NCBI RefSeq assembly: GCF_964194155.1
Contig: NC_135909.1
Location: 19,840,001-19,904,000, forward strand
Direction: 5' to 3'
DNA from: Cetorhinus maximus
Taxonomy: Eukaryota
Length of the DNA stretch: 64,000 nt
Under the pieces are notes generated by a model, which did no database searches, was not told where the DNA came from, and saw only the letters and a list, made by a program, of their open reading frames with translations. This document shows, in pieces, positions 13,950 through 27,702 of this stretch. The position numbers were made by a program, and so were the translations under genes. Numbering within the stretch: the first letter of the stretch is position 1; each line of letters opens with the position of its first letter.

Positions 13950-14660
13950 TCCATCTATTCTGCTCGATGTGAGATTCAGGTGTATTCTGCACCAGTCAGT
14001 CTCTGGTACTATATATAAAGCTGGGATCAATTGTATGTCTGTTGGCACCTGGCAAGCGATGTGAATGTGTGATTCAATCTTTATCTGTGATTCATGAACC
14101 TGAATGTGAGTATGTGATTCATTCTCAAATTTCCATTCTATTAGTATGACATTTGAATGTGAAATTTGCATGTCAGTCTTTGACACTGTACATGTGAGAG
14201 TTTCATTCCATATCTGTTGGACTTTGTGATGTGTGACTGTGGAATTGACTCCGTATTTACCACTTCGTGATACTGTGAGTGTTTTCTCCTTAAGTAACTG
14301 CCAGTCTTTGGTAATTGATGTCTGACAATGTAACTGTGAAGCTTTGGCCTGTTTGTAAGGCATTCTTTCTGTATCTATCAGGCTCTGGTACAGATTGAGC
14401 TTTTGGGACTCAACCTGAATTGTTCAGTGGTACTGGAAATTCATTTTCTATCTCTTAGTCTCTGGTAGAGTGTCTGTGTGGGGATGTTTTTGTCTTTATT
14501 TCTGTGTATATGTGTAATTAATCCTGTATTACTCAGCCTCTGGTACTGAGTTTACATGTAGGACTCTGGCTGTATTTGTCAGTCACTGGTAACACGTGTG
14601 GCTGTGGATGGAAGATTCTTTCTATACCTGTCAGGATATCATACATGGTTTGATTATGGG
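13950..14660. repeat. Degenerate ~46-nt tandem repeat array
   Basis: Same unit as at 10.8-11.6 kb. Confidence 0.6.
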
Positions 14661-14743
14661 ATTATTTTAATATAGTTCAATGGTCCTGAATGTAAATTTG
14701 GGAATCATTCTGAAACTCCCATTCTTTAATAATGTGTGTGCGT

Positions 14744-14902
14744 GAGTTGAAGAGTCATGACTCTGTTCTGTTGAAGGGTCATGAGGACTCGAAACGTCAA
14801 CTCTTTTCTTCTCCGCCGATGCTGCCAGACCTGCTGAGTTTTTGCAGGTAATTCTGTTTTTGTTTTGGATTTCCAGCATCCGCAGTAGTTTTTTGTTTTT
14901 AT
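14744..14902. mobile_element. Penelope-derived short element with hammerhead-like core
   Basis: GTT-CTGTTGA-A-GGGTC-ATGAG-GACTC-GAAACGTC-AAC followed by the family body GATGCTGCCAGACCTGCTGAG. Confidence 0.75.
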
Positions 14903-15393
14903 GACTGTGTGAGTGTTTGTTCCAGCGGACCACAGCCTCAAGAACAAATTTCACTCCCGATACTCCAACCCCCTACCACTCACACACACATACACAATAT
15001 CCCAGTGAGTAAGTCGCACAAGTTACAAGAGTTCCGGGAGGAATCCCGCATTTCCGTGCAGTCCCTCTGTGGAGAAAGGCCCCTCGCACCGACAGCCAGA
15101 CAACAATTCCCGGTGTATCTTCACAAACTGAGAAACTGGGACTAGAGAGAATCCTGATAGAATATATTTCCTGATTGTCGTAAAAGGGCTAATGATTGGT
15201 GGAGAAGTCGAAATTTGATTGGCCACTTTAAAAATGCAAACAGAGAAAAGTACAAAATAAGTGGCTGTTGTATTTTATGAAATGTCCAATCAGAATCATC
15301 GCTTCCCCATTCCTCATTAGCATTGGTCTGTCAGACTGTCTATTTAATCGGCGCTCGGAAGTGGTTCGTTTTATTCTGCGTCTGAAAGTGACG

Positions 15394-15768
15394 ATGGTTG
15401 ATGAGAAGAAACCAGCTCCCAAGAAGGGAGGCAAGAAAGCCTTAAAGAAACCGGTAGTGAAGGGCGGCAAGAAGCGGCGAAAGTCGCGGAAGGAGAGTTA
15501 CGCCATCTACATCTACAAAGTGATGAAGCAGGTTCACCCCGACACCGGCATCTCCTCCAAGGCCATGAGCATCATGAACTCGTTCGTGAGCGATATTTTC
15601 GAGCGCATCGCGGGTGAGGCTTCCCGCCTGGCCCATTACAACAAGCGCAGCACCATCAGCTCCCGGGAGATCCAGACCGCCGTGCGCCTGCTGCTGCCCG
15701 GGGAACTGGCCAAGCACGCCGTGTCGGAAGGGACAAAGGCGGTGACCAAGTACACCAGCTCCAAGTAA
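15394..15768 (+). CDS. H2B: Histone H2B (copy 2), 124 aa
   Basis: ATG at 15394, [11 protein letters not shown]...YTSSK. Confidence 0.98.
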   Translation: MVDEKKPAPKKGGKKALKKPVVKGGKKRRKSRKESYAIYIYKVMKQVHPDTGISSKAMSIMNSFVSDIFERIAGEASRLAHYNKRSTISSREIQTAVRLLLPGELAKHAVSEGTKAVTKYTSSK

Positions 15769-15807
15769 GACCCCCGAACTGACTGAAAAACACATTCACA
15801 ACACAAC

Positions 15808-15848
15808 GGCTCTTTTAAGAGCCACCCACAATCTCTCTGAAAAAGCTA
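15808..15848 (+). terminator. Histone stem-loop and downstream element (H2B)
   Basis: GGCTCTTTTAAGAGCC-ACCCA followed by TGAAAAAGCT. Confidence 0.92.
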
Positions 15849-16664
15849 TATGATTTCTTTAGTTATAAGTTATGATTTTACTATGGAGAATTTCGAATTT
15901 TGAAATTATTATTTTGATCACGTTTCAATCAGATTCTCGGTAACGTAGATTTAACTCGTTCAATTGTTGGGCTTCGTTCATGATGTCCCATAAATTAATG
16001 ACTTGCCGCTCACGAAGCGATTGTTTTAAGACGCGTCATATTCGACCCCTGTCCCTGGTTTTGGAGAGAGAGCGAATATAACGCAAATGCCTCAGGTTCC
16101 AATTCGGTTCAAGTTTCGCCTCAATAATCGATCAGTTGATTTCCTATTAGCACCGGTTGTGCAGCAAGCTTCAGTCTCGACGCTGGCAAATTTACTCCAA
16201 GCATGTTCAATTTTGGCTGTCCCAAATATCTACAATTTCCCGTCTATCAGCAGAACGATGTAAATGGCACTTTCAGCCGGCTGCTTAGAAGGTTTCATGA
16301 CGGATCGAGATTATCTAGAATTGATGCCGGATTCTTAAAGCGAATCCGGAATTTAGGATAAAATGTGAAATAGTCCCATTAGGGACGGACATTTTTGAAA
16401 CTTTGTCGTCAGACCGTGTTCACTATTAACTGGATTTTCTATATGAAATGTATTTCTTGTTTTATAAATATATCGATGTAGAATTAAAAAAATACATTCC
16501 GTAAATTTGCGCCATTATTTTCGACTTGTTTTCAGATACACATAAACCCAGACAGAAAATCAGAAATTGAAATATACAAATAACTGTAATCCAGGGAAAG
16601 AGAGAGAGAGATGAAGAGAATGTAACATTCGAATACTAAATACTGAATAACCATTTCCAATTAG

Positions 16665-16762
16665 GACTCGAAACGTCAACTGTGTTCCTCTCCGTAGATG
16701 AATTTTTCCAGGTATTTTTGTTTTTGTTTCAGATTTCCAGCATCGTCTGTATTTTGCTTTTA
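16665..16762. mobile_element. Truncated Penelope-derived short element with 9-bp TSD
   Basis: GACTCGAAACGTCAAC...CCAGCATC flanked by TCCAATTAG at 16656-16664 and 16763-16771. Confidence 0.75.
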
Positions 16763-17066
16763 TCCAATTAGTACTATGTTCGATCCGTTCTTTTTTGGCT
16801 TTTTTTTTTACAAATTTGGCGGGCTTTTAAAATTTGAAAAAAAGATCGGTTGGAATCTCAAAATTTGGAGCCGGTCTTTTCCGCCCTCACTCCGTCAAGT
16901 CTCCGGACTGGTGAGTTCAGTAGATATCTGATTGGTGATATGAACAACATTATGAGACGCAGCACAAAGTGACCAATCAAGCAATGCCCGCAGCACCATT
17001 CCTCCCGAAGCTATAAGAGAAGCGAATGTGAGAGGATTTCCTCATTCTCTATTAAAGTGTTTGTGA

Positions 17067-17468
<402 letters not shown>

Positions 17469-17498
17469 AGCGGCCATTCTTTTATCTGATAAGCCAAA

Positions 17499-17540
17499 GG
17501 CTCTTTTCAGAGCCACTCACAGAGTCTGTGAAAGGGTGAC
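17499..17540 (+). terminator. Histone stem-loop and downstream element (H2A)
   Basis: GGCTCTTTTCAGAGCC followed by GTGAAAGGGTG. Confidence 0.93.
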
Positions 17541-17589
17541 CTATTATCTGTCTGCCGCGTGCCGAATTTCAGTAATGGTGAAGCGTTTC

Positions 17590-17862
17590 TAATGATCCGC
17601 AAGGACAACCAACTCGCATCAACAGAGAAATTACATTTCCACCCGCGTGGTTCGGGACTGGAATGCACTGTCTGGAAGTGTAGTGGAGGCAGGTTCAATA
17701 GAGGCATTCAAGAGGGTATTAGATGATTATTTGAATAGAAAAAATGTGCAGGAATGGGGGATGGGGGTAGCATTAGGTCATAACACTCATTTGGAGAGCA
17801 GATGCAGACATGCGCAAGGGCCGAATGGCCTCCCGTGCTGTGCAAATTCTTTGATTCTATGT
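17590..17862 (+). mobile_element. CR1-like 3' end fragment
   Basis: VRDWNALSGSVVEAGSIEAFKRVLDDYL and tail GGGCCGAATGGCCTCC. Confidence 0.75.
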
Positions 17863-18211
17863 CTGTGCACCGGAGTCATCACCTCTTGTTGCTTGAGGCA
17901 TTGCCTTTATTGACATCATGAGCACTGACTTGTAACCCGCAGCTCACCCTTTGCTTGGGATTGATGTCTGCTCGCAGTATTTAATACATTTTCACAGCCG
18001 CTTTTTATTGGAAGTGACCTACAGCACTAAGGTGACCGCAGTCCCAATTTTCTGCTGAAATTAATATACCATCTGCGCTACAATTTACAACTGCATCGTC
18101 TGTGATTATCAATCCCACAAAAGAGGTTTGTAGACAAGAAAAATAAACTGATGCAAGGGAGCAAATTGTATCTTCGCGATGTCTAAGTCCTGGAGTGGAC
18201 AACAGGAGATT

Positions 18212-18253
18212 GCAGCTCTTTCATTTGTCGATCTGTTGGCTCTTAAAAGAGCC
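18212..18253 (-). terminator. Histone stem-loop and downstream element (H3)
   Basis: Reverse strand GGCTCTTTTAAGAGCC (18238-18253) followed by TGAAAGAGCTG. Confidence 0.92.
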
Positions 18254-18282
18254 TTTGTTGTACTTGGTGCTGAAGCCGGGTT

Positions 18283-18888
<606 letters not shown>

Positions 18889-19208
18889 TTAATTGCCCAT
18901 TTCAAAAATTCGGCCTTTATTTCCAGCCGTTGACCGACTCGATATCAGAAGACTTTGTTCCTCAATTTTTAAAAATTAAAAATACCATTTCACTGCAATT
19001 CAATATTTCCTTACCCGAATGAAATTCCTGTTCAGTTAACCTCTTCCAACAATTTTTAAACCCGGCATCATCCTGATGAACCTGCTTATTTTTGGACAGA
19101 AACACCAGTCTGTTGTTTGAACTGTGGAAAGTCAGTGCTGGACTTCGCAGGCAAAAATTGACGGACTGTCCATTGCTCCCTACAGCACAACCAACCCTAA
19201 AATTCACC

Positions 19209-19401
19209 GAAACAAAAATAAAAATGCCTTGAAAAACTCAGCAGCTCTGGCAGCATCTGCGGAGAGGAACACAGTTAACATTTCGAGTCGCTATGACTCT
19301 TCAACAGATCCTCTCCGCAGATGCTGCCAGACTTGCTGAGTTCTTCCAGGTATTTTTATTTTTGTTTTGGATTTCCAGCATCCGCAGTTTTTTGTTTTTA
19401 T
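19209..19401. mobile_element. Penelope-derived fold-back element with imperfect TSD
   Basis: Inverted family halves; flanked by CCTAAAATTCACC and CCTAAAAATCGCC. Confidence 0.75.
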
Positions 19402-20205
19402 CCTAAAAATCGCCGCTCCCTTAGAGGTCTGGAGTGGGTAATAAAATGGAACCGGTGCTGGGGGCTTCAGATCCCTTCCCATTGCCCTCATTCTGGGCTG
19501 TTCATGACGATAATGAGCGGAGAAAGTGACCGGCTCGATTCTCCCGCTATTCCCGGCCTGACAGATCCCGGTTCCTGAAAGGAGATGACAAATTCTGAAA
19601 ATAGCTCCGAAAATAGCGCCAAGATCTTGTGACAGGGAGCGCAGTATAACAGATCATAAAGTGAGAGATTAAAAATTGTTGCCTGAAAATTAAGATTATC
19701 TTGCATTTTCCAACACTGGAATTGGCGGGCTTTTCGAATGCAAAAAAAAGTAAATCAATCATAATTTTCGATTTCTTCTCCCTGACTCAGCGATTGGTTA
19801 AGAATTAGACTAGGAAGAGGCTGACCAATCAGAGCTAGAGTCCGGCTGCAGTCGCTCAGACTGCGGGAATTCCAGGTCGCCGAGTGGCTGAGCTGAAACT
19901 GCTGTTTCCCAAACCCTGTCAGTAACTTCACGAACATCCGTCCGAACATTGGGTTTCGGAGCAGGAGGCCACTCAGCCACGAGCCTGAACCTATTCAGTG
20001 AAATCATGGCTGATCTGATTGTAACCTCATACACCACTGACGCATTGAACGGCTGGTGTTACCTAAAATAAAACATTTCGAAAATGTGTAGTGGAGCGGC
20101 TTTTCAGCGTCAGTGGAGAATGTGCCATCCAGGATAATAAATAACGATTAAATTGAGGGACTTAGTACATCCCCCCGAAACCCGGAACAAATCATGCACT
20201 AAAAT

Positions 20206-20353
20206 GAAAGAAAAATACTGCGGATGCTGGAAGTCTGAAATATAAACAGAAAATGCTGGAAACCTCAGTCGGTCTGACAGCATCTGTGTAGAGAAAAGAG
20301 TTAAACCCTTCTAGTCTGTATGACTCTTCTTCAGAGATCTTGTTTGTTTCAGA
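20206..20353. mobile_element. Penelope-derived short element with TSD, absent from the homologous site in arm 1
   Basis: CACTAAAAT / CACTAACAT flanks; empty site at ~6260-6270. Confidence 0.75.
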
Positions 20354-20399
20354 CACTAACATTCCCGATCACAGCCCATCCCAGCTCCCGTTCCCAGGT

Positions 20400-20442
20400 C
20401 TCTGCTCTCTCTGTGAGGTGGTGGGTGGCTCTGAAAAGAGCC
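20400..20442 (-). terminator. Histone stem-loop and downstream element (H4)
   Basis: Reverse strand GGCTCTTTTCAGAGCC-ACCCA (20427-20442) followed by AGAGAGAGCAG. Confidence 0.93.
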
Positions 20443-20476
20443 TTTGTTGCGTGTTTGGTAGAAAGGGTCGAGCTGT

Positions 20477-20797
<321 letters not shown>

Positions 20798-21429
20798 TCA
20801 CTCAGATCGCTGCTGAATATGAGAGACGAGCTGTGTCACTTTCCTCTTTTATACAGCTCGCCCGGACCTGAGTGAAAAAGGCGGTTTGAGAGCAGGGAGG
20901 GGAGGAGACAGAATGAAGATTAAACAGAGAGCGGGACGGGGGAGAGAGCCGGAGTGACAGACAGAGAGAGAACAGCCCCTGATCTTTCAGCTCCTCCTCC
21001 AGTTTCTGCAACCGCCAATTTCAACCCGTTTATTACCAATGGAACCGAGACACAAACCCGGACAGACCCGGGCTTCACAGTCAGGAGTTTCCGCAAACCC
21101 GGAGCTTTGAAATATGCTCTCGTTATAATTAACACTCAGTAATATTCCGACCTAAACACATTCTATTCTAAAACAGGAATCATCCTCAGTAACATCACCA
21201 TCCTCATACACACACGGTTCCAGCATTTTACAAGCTGTTTGGGGGAATCTCCTGTGTTAAAATTGATGTTGTAAAGCGGCCTTTTCCCACCAGTGTACCA
21301 CCGCCACACGTCCACTCGCACCCAACGCCCCTTGCCCCCCGCGCCGACACAGGTTCGGAGATTTTGTTTTCTCTATGATGAGAGTGAAATGGGGACAATT
21401 CCCATTGATTTTAGCAGCTGAATTGTCGC

Positions 21430-21540
21430 TGCGGACGATCTGCGCATGCTCTGTTTTAACACGTCCGCGGTTCCGTCACAATGTGGATAACAGCGCATGC
21501 GCAACCCCTCCCCCAACAATGGCCGAGACCGTCATTCACT
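21430..21540 (+). promoter_or_regulatory. CpG-rich promoter-like segment with NRF1- and YY1-like motifs
   Basis: TGCGCATGCT at 21441, GCGCATGCGCA at 21493-21503, CAATGGCC ~21517. Confidence 0.55.
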
Positions 21541-22799
21541 CAGTGAGCGGAATTGGGTTTAATTCAGCAGCGATCGGAGACATCACCGCCCCAGAGGGAA
21601 GTGAACAAACAGCATCTGCTTAAAGCAGCGCATCGGTTTGGAGCCGCGTCCGCAGATATGCTCAGAGATTGGCATTGAGTGTCCGGGCAGCTGAGGCGGA
21701 GGCGGCGGCTGTTTTTAATGGGCTCCCTGGAACACGAGCTGCTCCCGGAACATGGAGTGAGCGGGGGGAAGGGAGAGGCCATTCTCGAGCAGTGTCTGGA
21801 CAGAGTGAGAAGAACTCGCCATTGAAGATCATTGCTGCTTTCTCTCCCCAAACCCGAGTGAAGCTTCCTGGCTTAGTTCCGGCTCCCACTGTCCCTTGTT
21901 ATTGGACAGAGAATGGCGGGGAAATAGCCGCACAGTAACAATGTTTCCAGTTACACAAAGAAGATCAATTTCAGGCACCAGGTGAGAAGTGTGAAAGAGA
22001 CATTTTAAACTGTACCTGCTTGTTTCCGGGTGTACAGTTAGTTCGAATGGAGCAGCAAATAGGAATCTGACCCTTGCGAAAGTCACTCCTCCATTGGATA
22101 GTCTAATTCAAGGACCTGTGCACAGGACGGGTTGTTTCTGAATGTCATAACATTGTTGTAAAACCGCTCAAAATAGCAGATAAGCAGAAACAGATTGCTG
22201 CAGTACTGTGGTGGGTTCAGATACTGATATGCTGATAGTTTTGCTTTGTTTATTGTTCATTATAATAACACTTATTTTAAAAAATACCTTGATCACTTTT
22301 GTATCTTCTACTTCATCTATTCTTCAGGTGAAGGAGTTATGTTTTCTGCGTGCACGGAAAGAATTGAATGAACCAGATGGTTCTTCGAAACATGGAAAAG
22401 TGCAGCCTGATGGTTCCAGTAAGTACAATATCACTCACAAAGCATCGAGATACTGCCAGCTCTTTAGGCCAAAATGAAACATATAGAGACCGACACAGAT
22501 CCCAAGATTGAGAGTCGCCCTTTCAATATAAGAGTCAAACAGAGCATTGCTGGGAGAAGTTGTTTACCTTAAACCAGTACACCTGAGGACTAGATACATC
22601 AATCCCAGGGCAAAAGCACAGCCACTATTCGATTTAAATACACGGTGTCACCTCGGCCACAAATTAAATACTAATTATTAACTACGTCAGACAACATTTA
22701 CCCTATTGTAATATGCAGGATGAATTGCTACTAAGCACCTCAGAATGTAGAGTGAGCTACACATTAAATACCAGTTCCAAAATTTCACTAAGTGTTAGG

Positions 22800-24245
22800 C
22801 TAGAATATTAAAGTATGAATTCCATTTTCTTTCAAACTGCAGGAACTAAATAATGGACCAGGTATGAGATTGATGCATATGTTATCACTCCAATTTGTTC
22901 TCACAGATAAAAATTTAATACCAATACACAACTCGCACAGAACTACTGAATGTAGCCTGTCGATCATGCCTGAGATGCAGGTTATGTACCAATACAGAAA
23001 ACTCCCACAGTTGCATTCGATGGCAGAGACACATAGATCGAGAATGAACCCCAAACTCACATGAAAATCTAGAGACAGACATAAGAACAACAAATTCCAA
23101 ATACCACATTCAACCCAGGGACTGACTAATACAGAATTAAAGCTACTTTCATATCCATTGCCATTGACTGAAAGATGTAGAATGTAGCCCAGTGTCACAT
23201 ACCCTACCAGAGACTGGCAAAAGTATAATAAATTCCAGAGTCTCTTATTGTACCTGAGACTGACGGCCAAAAATAAACACATTTGCGTCGAGGAGTAGAG
23301 ATTGAAAAATACAGAATGAAGTTCATAATCCCATTCGTTATTGCACAGTGACAGGTACAAATAAACCCCTCACTCACACCCTTTACAAGGTAATGACACA
23401 GAATGAGCAGCACATTCACATACAATACCAGAAACTGACAGATATTGAATGATTCCCACCCTCAGGGTCTGCCAGATGCTGATGAAAACTGAATTAATGC
23501 ACACTCACATTCAGTTTGAGAGAATGACTAACACAGAAGTATGTCCACACTCACCAAAAACTGACATACACTGCATTAATCCCACTTTATACAGGGGACC
23601 AAACCCTGACATGCAGAAAAAAAAATCCACAGGCCTACACACAGAAAAAGACAATAAGGCATAGACCAAAAGCAGTCATTTAAAGTGCCACCGACTGACA
23701 GGCATAAGACAAATCTCATTCACAGACAGCAACAGATGAAGAAAAAAGTAAAATCAACTTCACTGACACAATTATTTCCAGATATGGACAGCTAAAGAAT
23801 GAATGCCACACTCACATATGTTTGGGTTAGAATTAATCTCATTCTCATGTAAATTACCTGGGAACCACTGATACAGAAAAAATAACACATCCACGTGTAA
23901 GACAAGAGATGGACACATACAGATTGAATGCAACAATATTGCATTTCACAGGTAACTGAAAGGAAGCACTGGTTTTTAATATTTCACAAGTGATATATTG
24001 AAGCAGACTGAATCCCACTGATATAGAATCAGAGAATGATATTCATATAGTTCATCCTGCATTCCTACACAATCCCACAACTGACAGATACAAACAAAAA
24101 TCAACATTTGGATACAGGACCAGAGACTGATACTTGCAGAATGAATGAAGTACACGTGTAGTCAAAGACTGATAACTGCAGAACTAAAGTCAAACTCACA
24201 CTCACTTCCAGATACTGTCAGCTTCAGAATGAGCCCCACATTCAC
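22800..24245. repeat. Degenerate ~46-nt tandem repeat array (reverse orientation)
   Basis: Repeated ACTGACAGATACAGAATGAATCCCACACTCAC variants. Confidence 0.7.
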
Positions 24246-24249
24246 TTGT

Positions 24250-25230
24250 AATTCTGGGGACTCTCAATCCCGGCCAAAGAGAACAGTATCATTCCCCTAA
24301 CTGTACTATCCCCGATTGCAACTACATTTCTCTTTTCTCCCCCCACTTGAATGGCCCCCTGTGCCATGTTGCTATGGTCAGTTTGCTCATCCTCCCTACA
24401 GTCCCCACTCTCATCCACACAGGGAGCAAGAATCTCAAACCTGTTGGTTAAGGACAAGGGTTGAGGCTCCTGCAGTGCTACTTCCTGGATCCCTCTACCT
24501 GCCTCACTCATAGTCACACCCTCCTGTCCCTGACTACTGGCCGAATTTATGGTAGTTAATCTAAGGGGTATGACTGTCTCCTGAAACAGAGCGTCCAGGT
24601 AACTCTCCCCCTCCCTGATGTGTCGCAGTTTCTGAGGCCCAGACTTTAGCTCATCAACTCTGAGCCGGAGTTTCTCGAGCAACCAACATTTGCTACAGAT
24701 GTGGTCATGAGGAACCACAATGGGGTCCAACAGCAACCACACCACACAGCTGCAACACATCGCCTGGCACTGCATCTCTATTTTATTTTATTTAATTAGT
24801 TTTTCAATTTGTTGTTAAATTTCCTACTGGTCTTTAACTTATCAATCTGTAAAATATTTCTGCTATTTACCTTTCACCTGAAAGCAAATTAGAATAGAGA
24901 ATCAAAATACACTTTTTAAATCAACTGGAACTCACTCTCTCTGCTGAGTTGAAGCTGAAGTGTTAGACCTCCGATCCTGGGCCCCAATAGTCACCTTTGA
25001 TCTGAAATCAACTTAGAATAGGTAGTTCAAACTAGCAGTTACTCACCAATCAATGAACTTATGATCTTCCTGTGATGTCACTCTTTGTGTTTTTTCACTC
25101 GACGACAGTGATTGCAGAGGACACTCTTCCCAGACTGCTTCCCGGCGATGGTGACTGCAGAGGATGCTCTTCCCAGACTGCTTCCCGGCCATTGGGACTG
25201 CAGAGGGCACTCTTCCCAGACTTCCCAGAT
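24250..25230 (-). mobile_element. CR1-like LINE 5' end (5' UTR and ORF1 N-terminus)
   Basis: ORF 24242-24775: CxxC...CSKC zinc motif, leucine-zipper-like stretch, LTNRFEIL and VAIGDS (start of the SGNH esterase domain). Confidence 0.85.
25111..25229. repeat. 43-nt tandem repeat (~2.7 copies) in the CR1 5' UTR
   Basis: A(C/T)TGCAGAGG..CTCTTCCCAGACT starting at 25111, 25154 and 25197. Confidence 0.9.
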
Positions 25231-25799
25231 CATTCATAATGATTATTAATAGAGAGATTAAACTAATAGAATCAGTATCTTCTACCTCACCTGTACATGA
25301 ATTCAAAAATATACTTTTTACCAACAGGCAAATAATTGAAGGAACCAGAATAAATGTGATGTTTCCTCCAGCCAAATTAGAATGAAGATTCCCACCAGCT
25401 CCTTCTCACACACAGTATGTACATTATCACTGACAGAGCACAGAGACACTGACAAGTCATCAGTTTCACAGTCTCAGACAGCATAAATAGTTCCAAAGTA
25501 ATTTTCCATCCATGAATCAAACAGAGCAGGAGAGATAGACATTGTATCCAAGTCACCCAAACTCAGTCCTGCAGATGGGAGTGTCCATAAATCCCAGTCC
25601 AAATTCTCACCCGCTATTAAATTCTCACTGAGTCAATCCTGCAGTCGTGCTGCCTTCGCTACAAATTAAACATCTGATAAAACTGACACATTTCCAGTTA
25701 CAAGCTTACAGGCTTAACCTTAATGATGTACACTGAGGTTCATGTTAATTGCCAGCCCAATATTCACACACATCATGGACTTATAAATTGCACCATTAA

Positions 25800-27500
25800 T
25801 TCCCATAGTGTGTCCTGACATATACCTGAGATACCAGTTCAAATCTCAAGTACATTATCAGTTTGAGATATCCTGAAAGCTAGTATAACCTGAGACAGAA
25901 GTTCAGATTATAGTTTGAAACTCACCCTTATTATGAAACTAAAAGATACAATATTAATTTGATGAATATGAACTCAGCTATAGATCACATACTAATCCTC
26001 CATCCTCACACAGTGTCAAGTGGAAATACTGTAACAATTCCAGACTGAGCTCCATTTTACATCCATGTCAAAGTTCTTACTCAGAATCAGACTGAATGTC
26101 ACAGATCAAATCAATTAGTACAACTTGAGTTATACTTGCACACCGATCCAGTATGAGATTAAAGGATTCATTATCTTTCCCAATTGTGTTCAAAGTGACA
26201 GATTTAATGTTGGGCCAAAACTCCCACATATCGTTTGCTTAAGCCGACCACATTAGCTGTGCTCGAAATTTATATACAATTAACCCAATCTTACAAACAG
26301 TCCCAGACACCGAAGGTTACACAATGAATCCTCTACTCACCAGAGTACCAGTGAGCAATTATCAAACACATGTTCAGTGCCAGATGCTGAGAGACACAGA
26401 CTGTTTACTGCACTCACTCACAATATTTCAGTGTGAGTGATACAAAATTATTCTGACACACCAATTATACCACTGAGAGATTGTAGAAAGGGTCTAAGAG
26501 CCAAATAGAATCACAGGTGCTGACAAAAACAAATGGAAGTCTACATGCACATACACAGACGAACACATGCATGCTTAGACACAGAATAAATCCAATTCCA
26601 CATACAATACCAGTGAATGAAATATACCAATTGAATCCCACAATTTCATACAGTAGCAGTCACTGACAGATACAGAATGAATCTCATGCTCACAAACAGC
26701 ATGAGGAACTGAAATATATATATATGATTCCCAACTTATGTAACAATACAACAGGCATAGAATGCCATCGACAGACCCTGAATTAAACCCAGACTCACAC
26801 ATTAGGAGAGCCTGACAGATATATATGATTGCCATGCTCATCAACAACACCAGGGACATTCAGATATAAAATCAGCCCCAATTCCTCTATAGTACCAGAG
26901 AATGAAATGTGCAATATGAATCCTACACTCACCTACTCCCCTAGTGACAGACCAGAATGCCTGCCAAACTCATACCCACCTCCAGAGAATAACAAATGCA
27001 GACTGAAACTACACTCCCACGGAATGCAAGAGATATTCAGATTCAGAATGGTTTCCACATTCACATACAGTAGCACTGACTGGCAAAGAGTGAAACACAT
27101 GCACACTCACAAACCACCATCACCATTAAGAAATTCAGATTGGGTCCTGTTCAATACCAGAAAGTGACTGATCGAACACATCCGTTGCATACGTCCCATT
27201 CCACTGTCAGGCTCAAGGCCTAACCCAACACTCATGCAGTCCCTGGAAATGTAAGATACAGGCTGACTATGACACAGATATATTGTACCAGATATCGACA
27301 AATGCAGAATGAATGAAACATTCACCTACAGTTCCACGGAGAATGTATCCACACTCACATACAGTAACCAAGACTGACAGGTCCAGCGTGCCTTTCACAC
27401 AGCACCTGTGAGTAACAGACACAGAATGAATCCCACATTCACAAGTTGGATCAGAGAAGGGCCGATAAGAATGTATCTCACATTCACACACAACATGTTG
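25800..27500. repeat. Degenerate ~46-nt tandem repeat array (reverse orientation)
   Basis: ACTGA.. units 46 nt apart, e.g. 26662 and 26708. Confidence 0.7.
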
Positions 27501-27667
27501 ACAGCTTTAGCACAACATTATAATTACTGCTTGTATAGCAAAATAGAATAAAAAGGTCATATCCACCGTTAGTAATTCTAAGACCTCCCCTTCCCCTCTT
27601 AATATAATGTGAACAATTCTTGCCTGTTGTGTCCATCTCTGATCTGTAAACTTCGACCTAGCAGAGT

Positions 27668-27702
27668 GTGCTGACATCTACTGGCCAGAGCCGAGAACTG
27701 CA
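27668..27702 (-). promoter_or_regulatory. CTCF-like site with upstream TGCAG motif
   Basis: Reverse strand TGCAGTTCTCGGCTCTGGCCAGTAGATGTCAGCAC. Confidence 0.5.

Noticed and set aside
15268-15393. N-terminal extensions of H2B (also 10327-10431) and H2A (9088-9093)
   Set aside because: Non-ATG starts, and for H2B they overlap the octamer and TATA promoter elements
22800-23360. 186-aa ORF and similar ORFs in the 46-nt arrays
   Set aside because: Chance open frames in repeat DNA; a 46-nt unit does not preserve frame
25111-25229. 43-nt repeats and the 46-nt arrays as CRISPR-like arrays
   Set aside because: Eukaryotic context, no unique spacers between constant repeats, no cas genes
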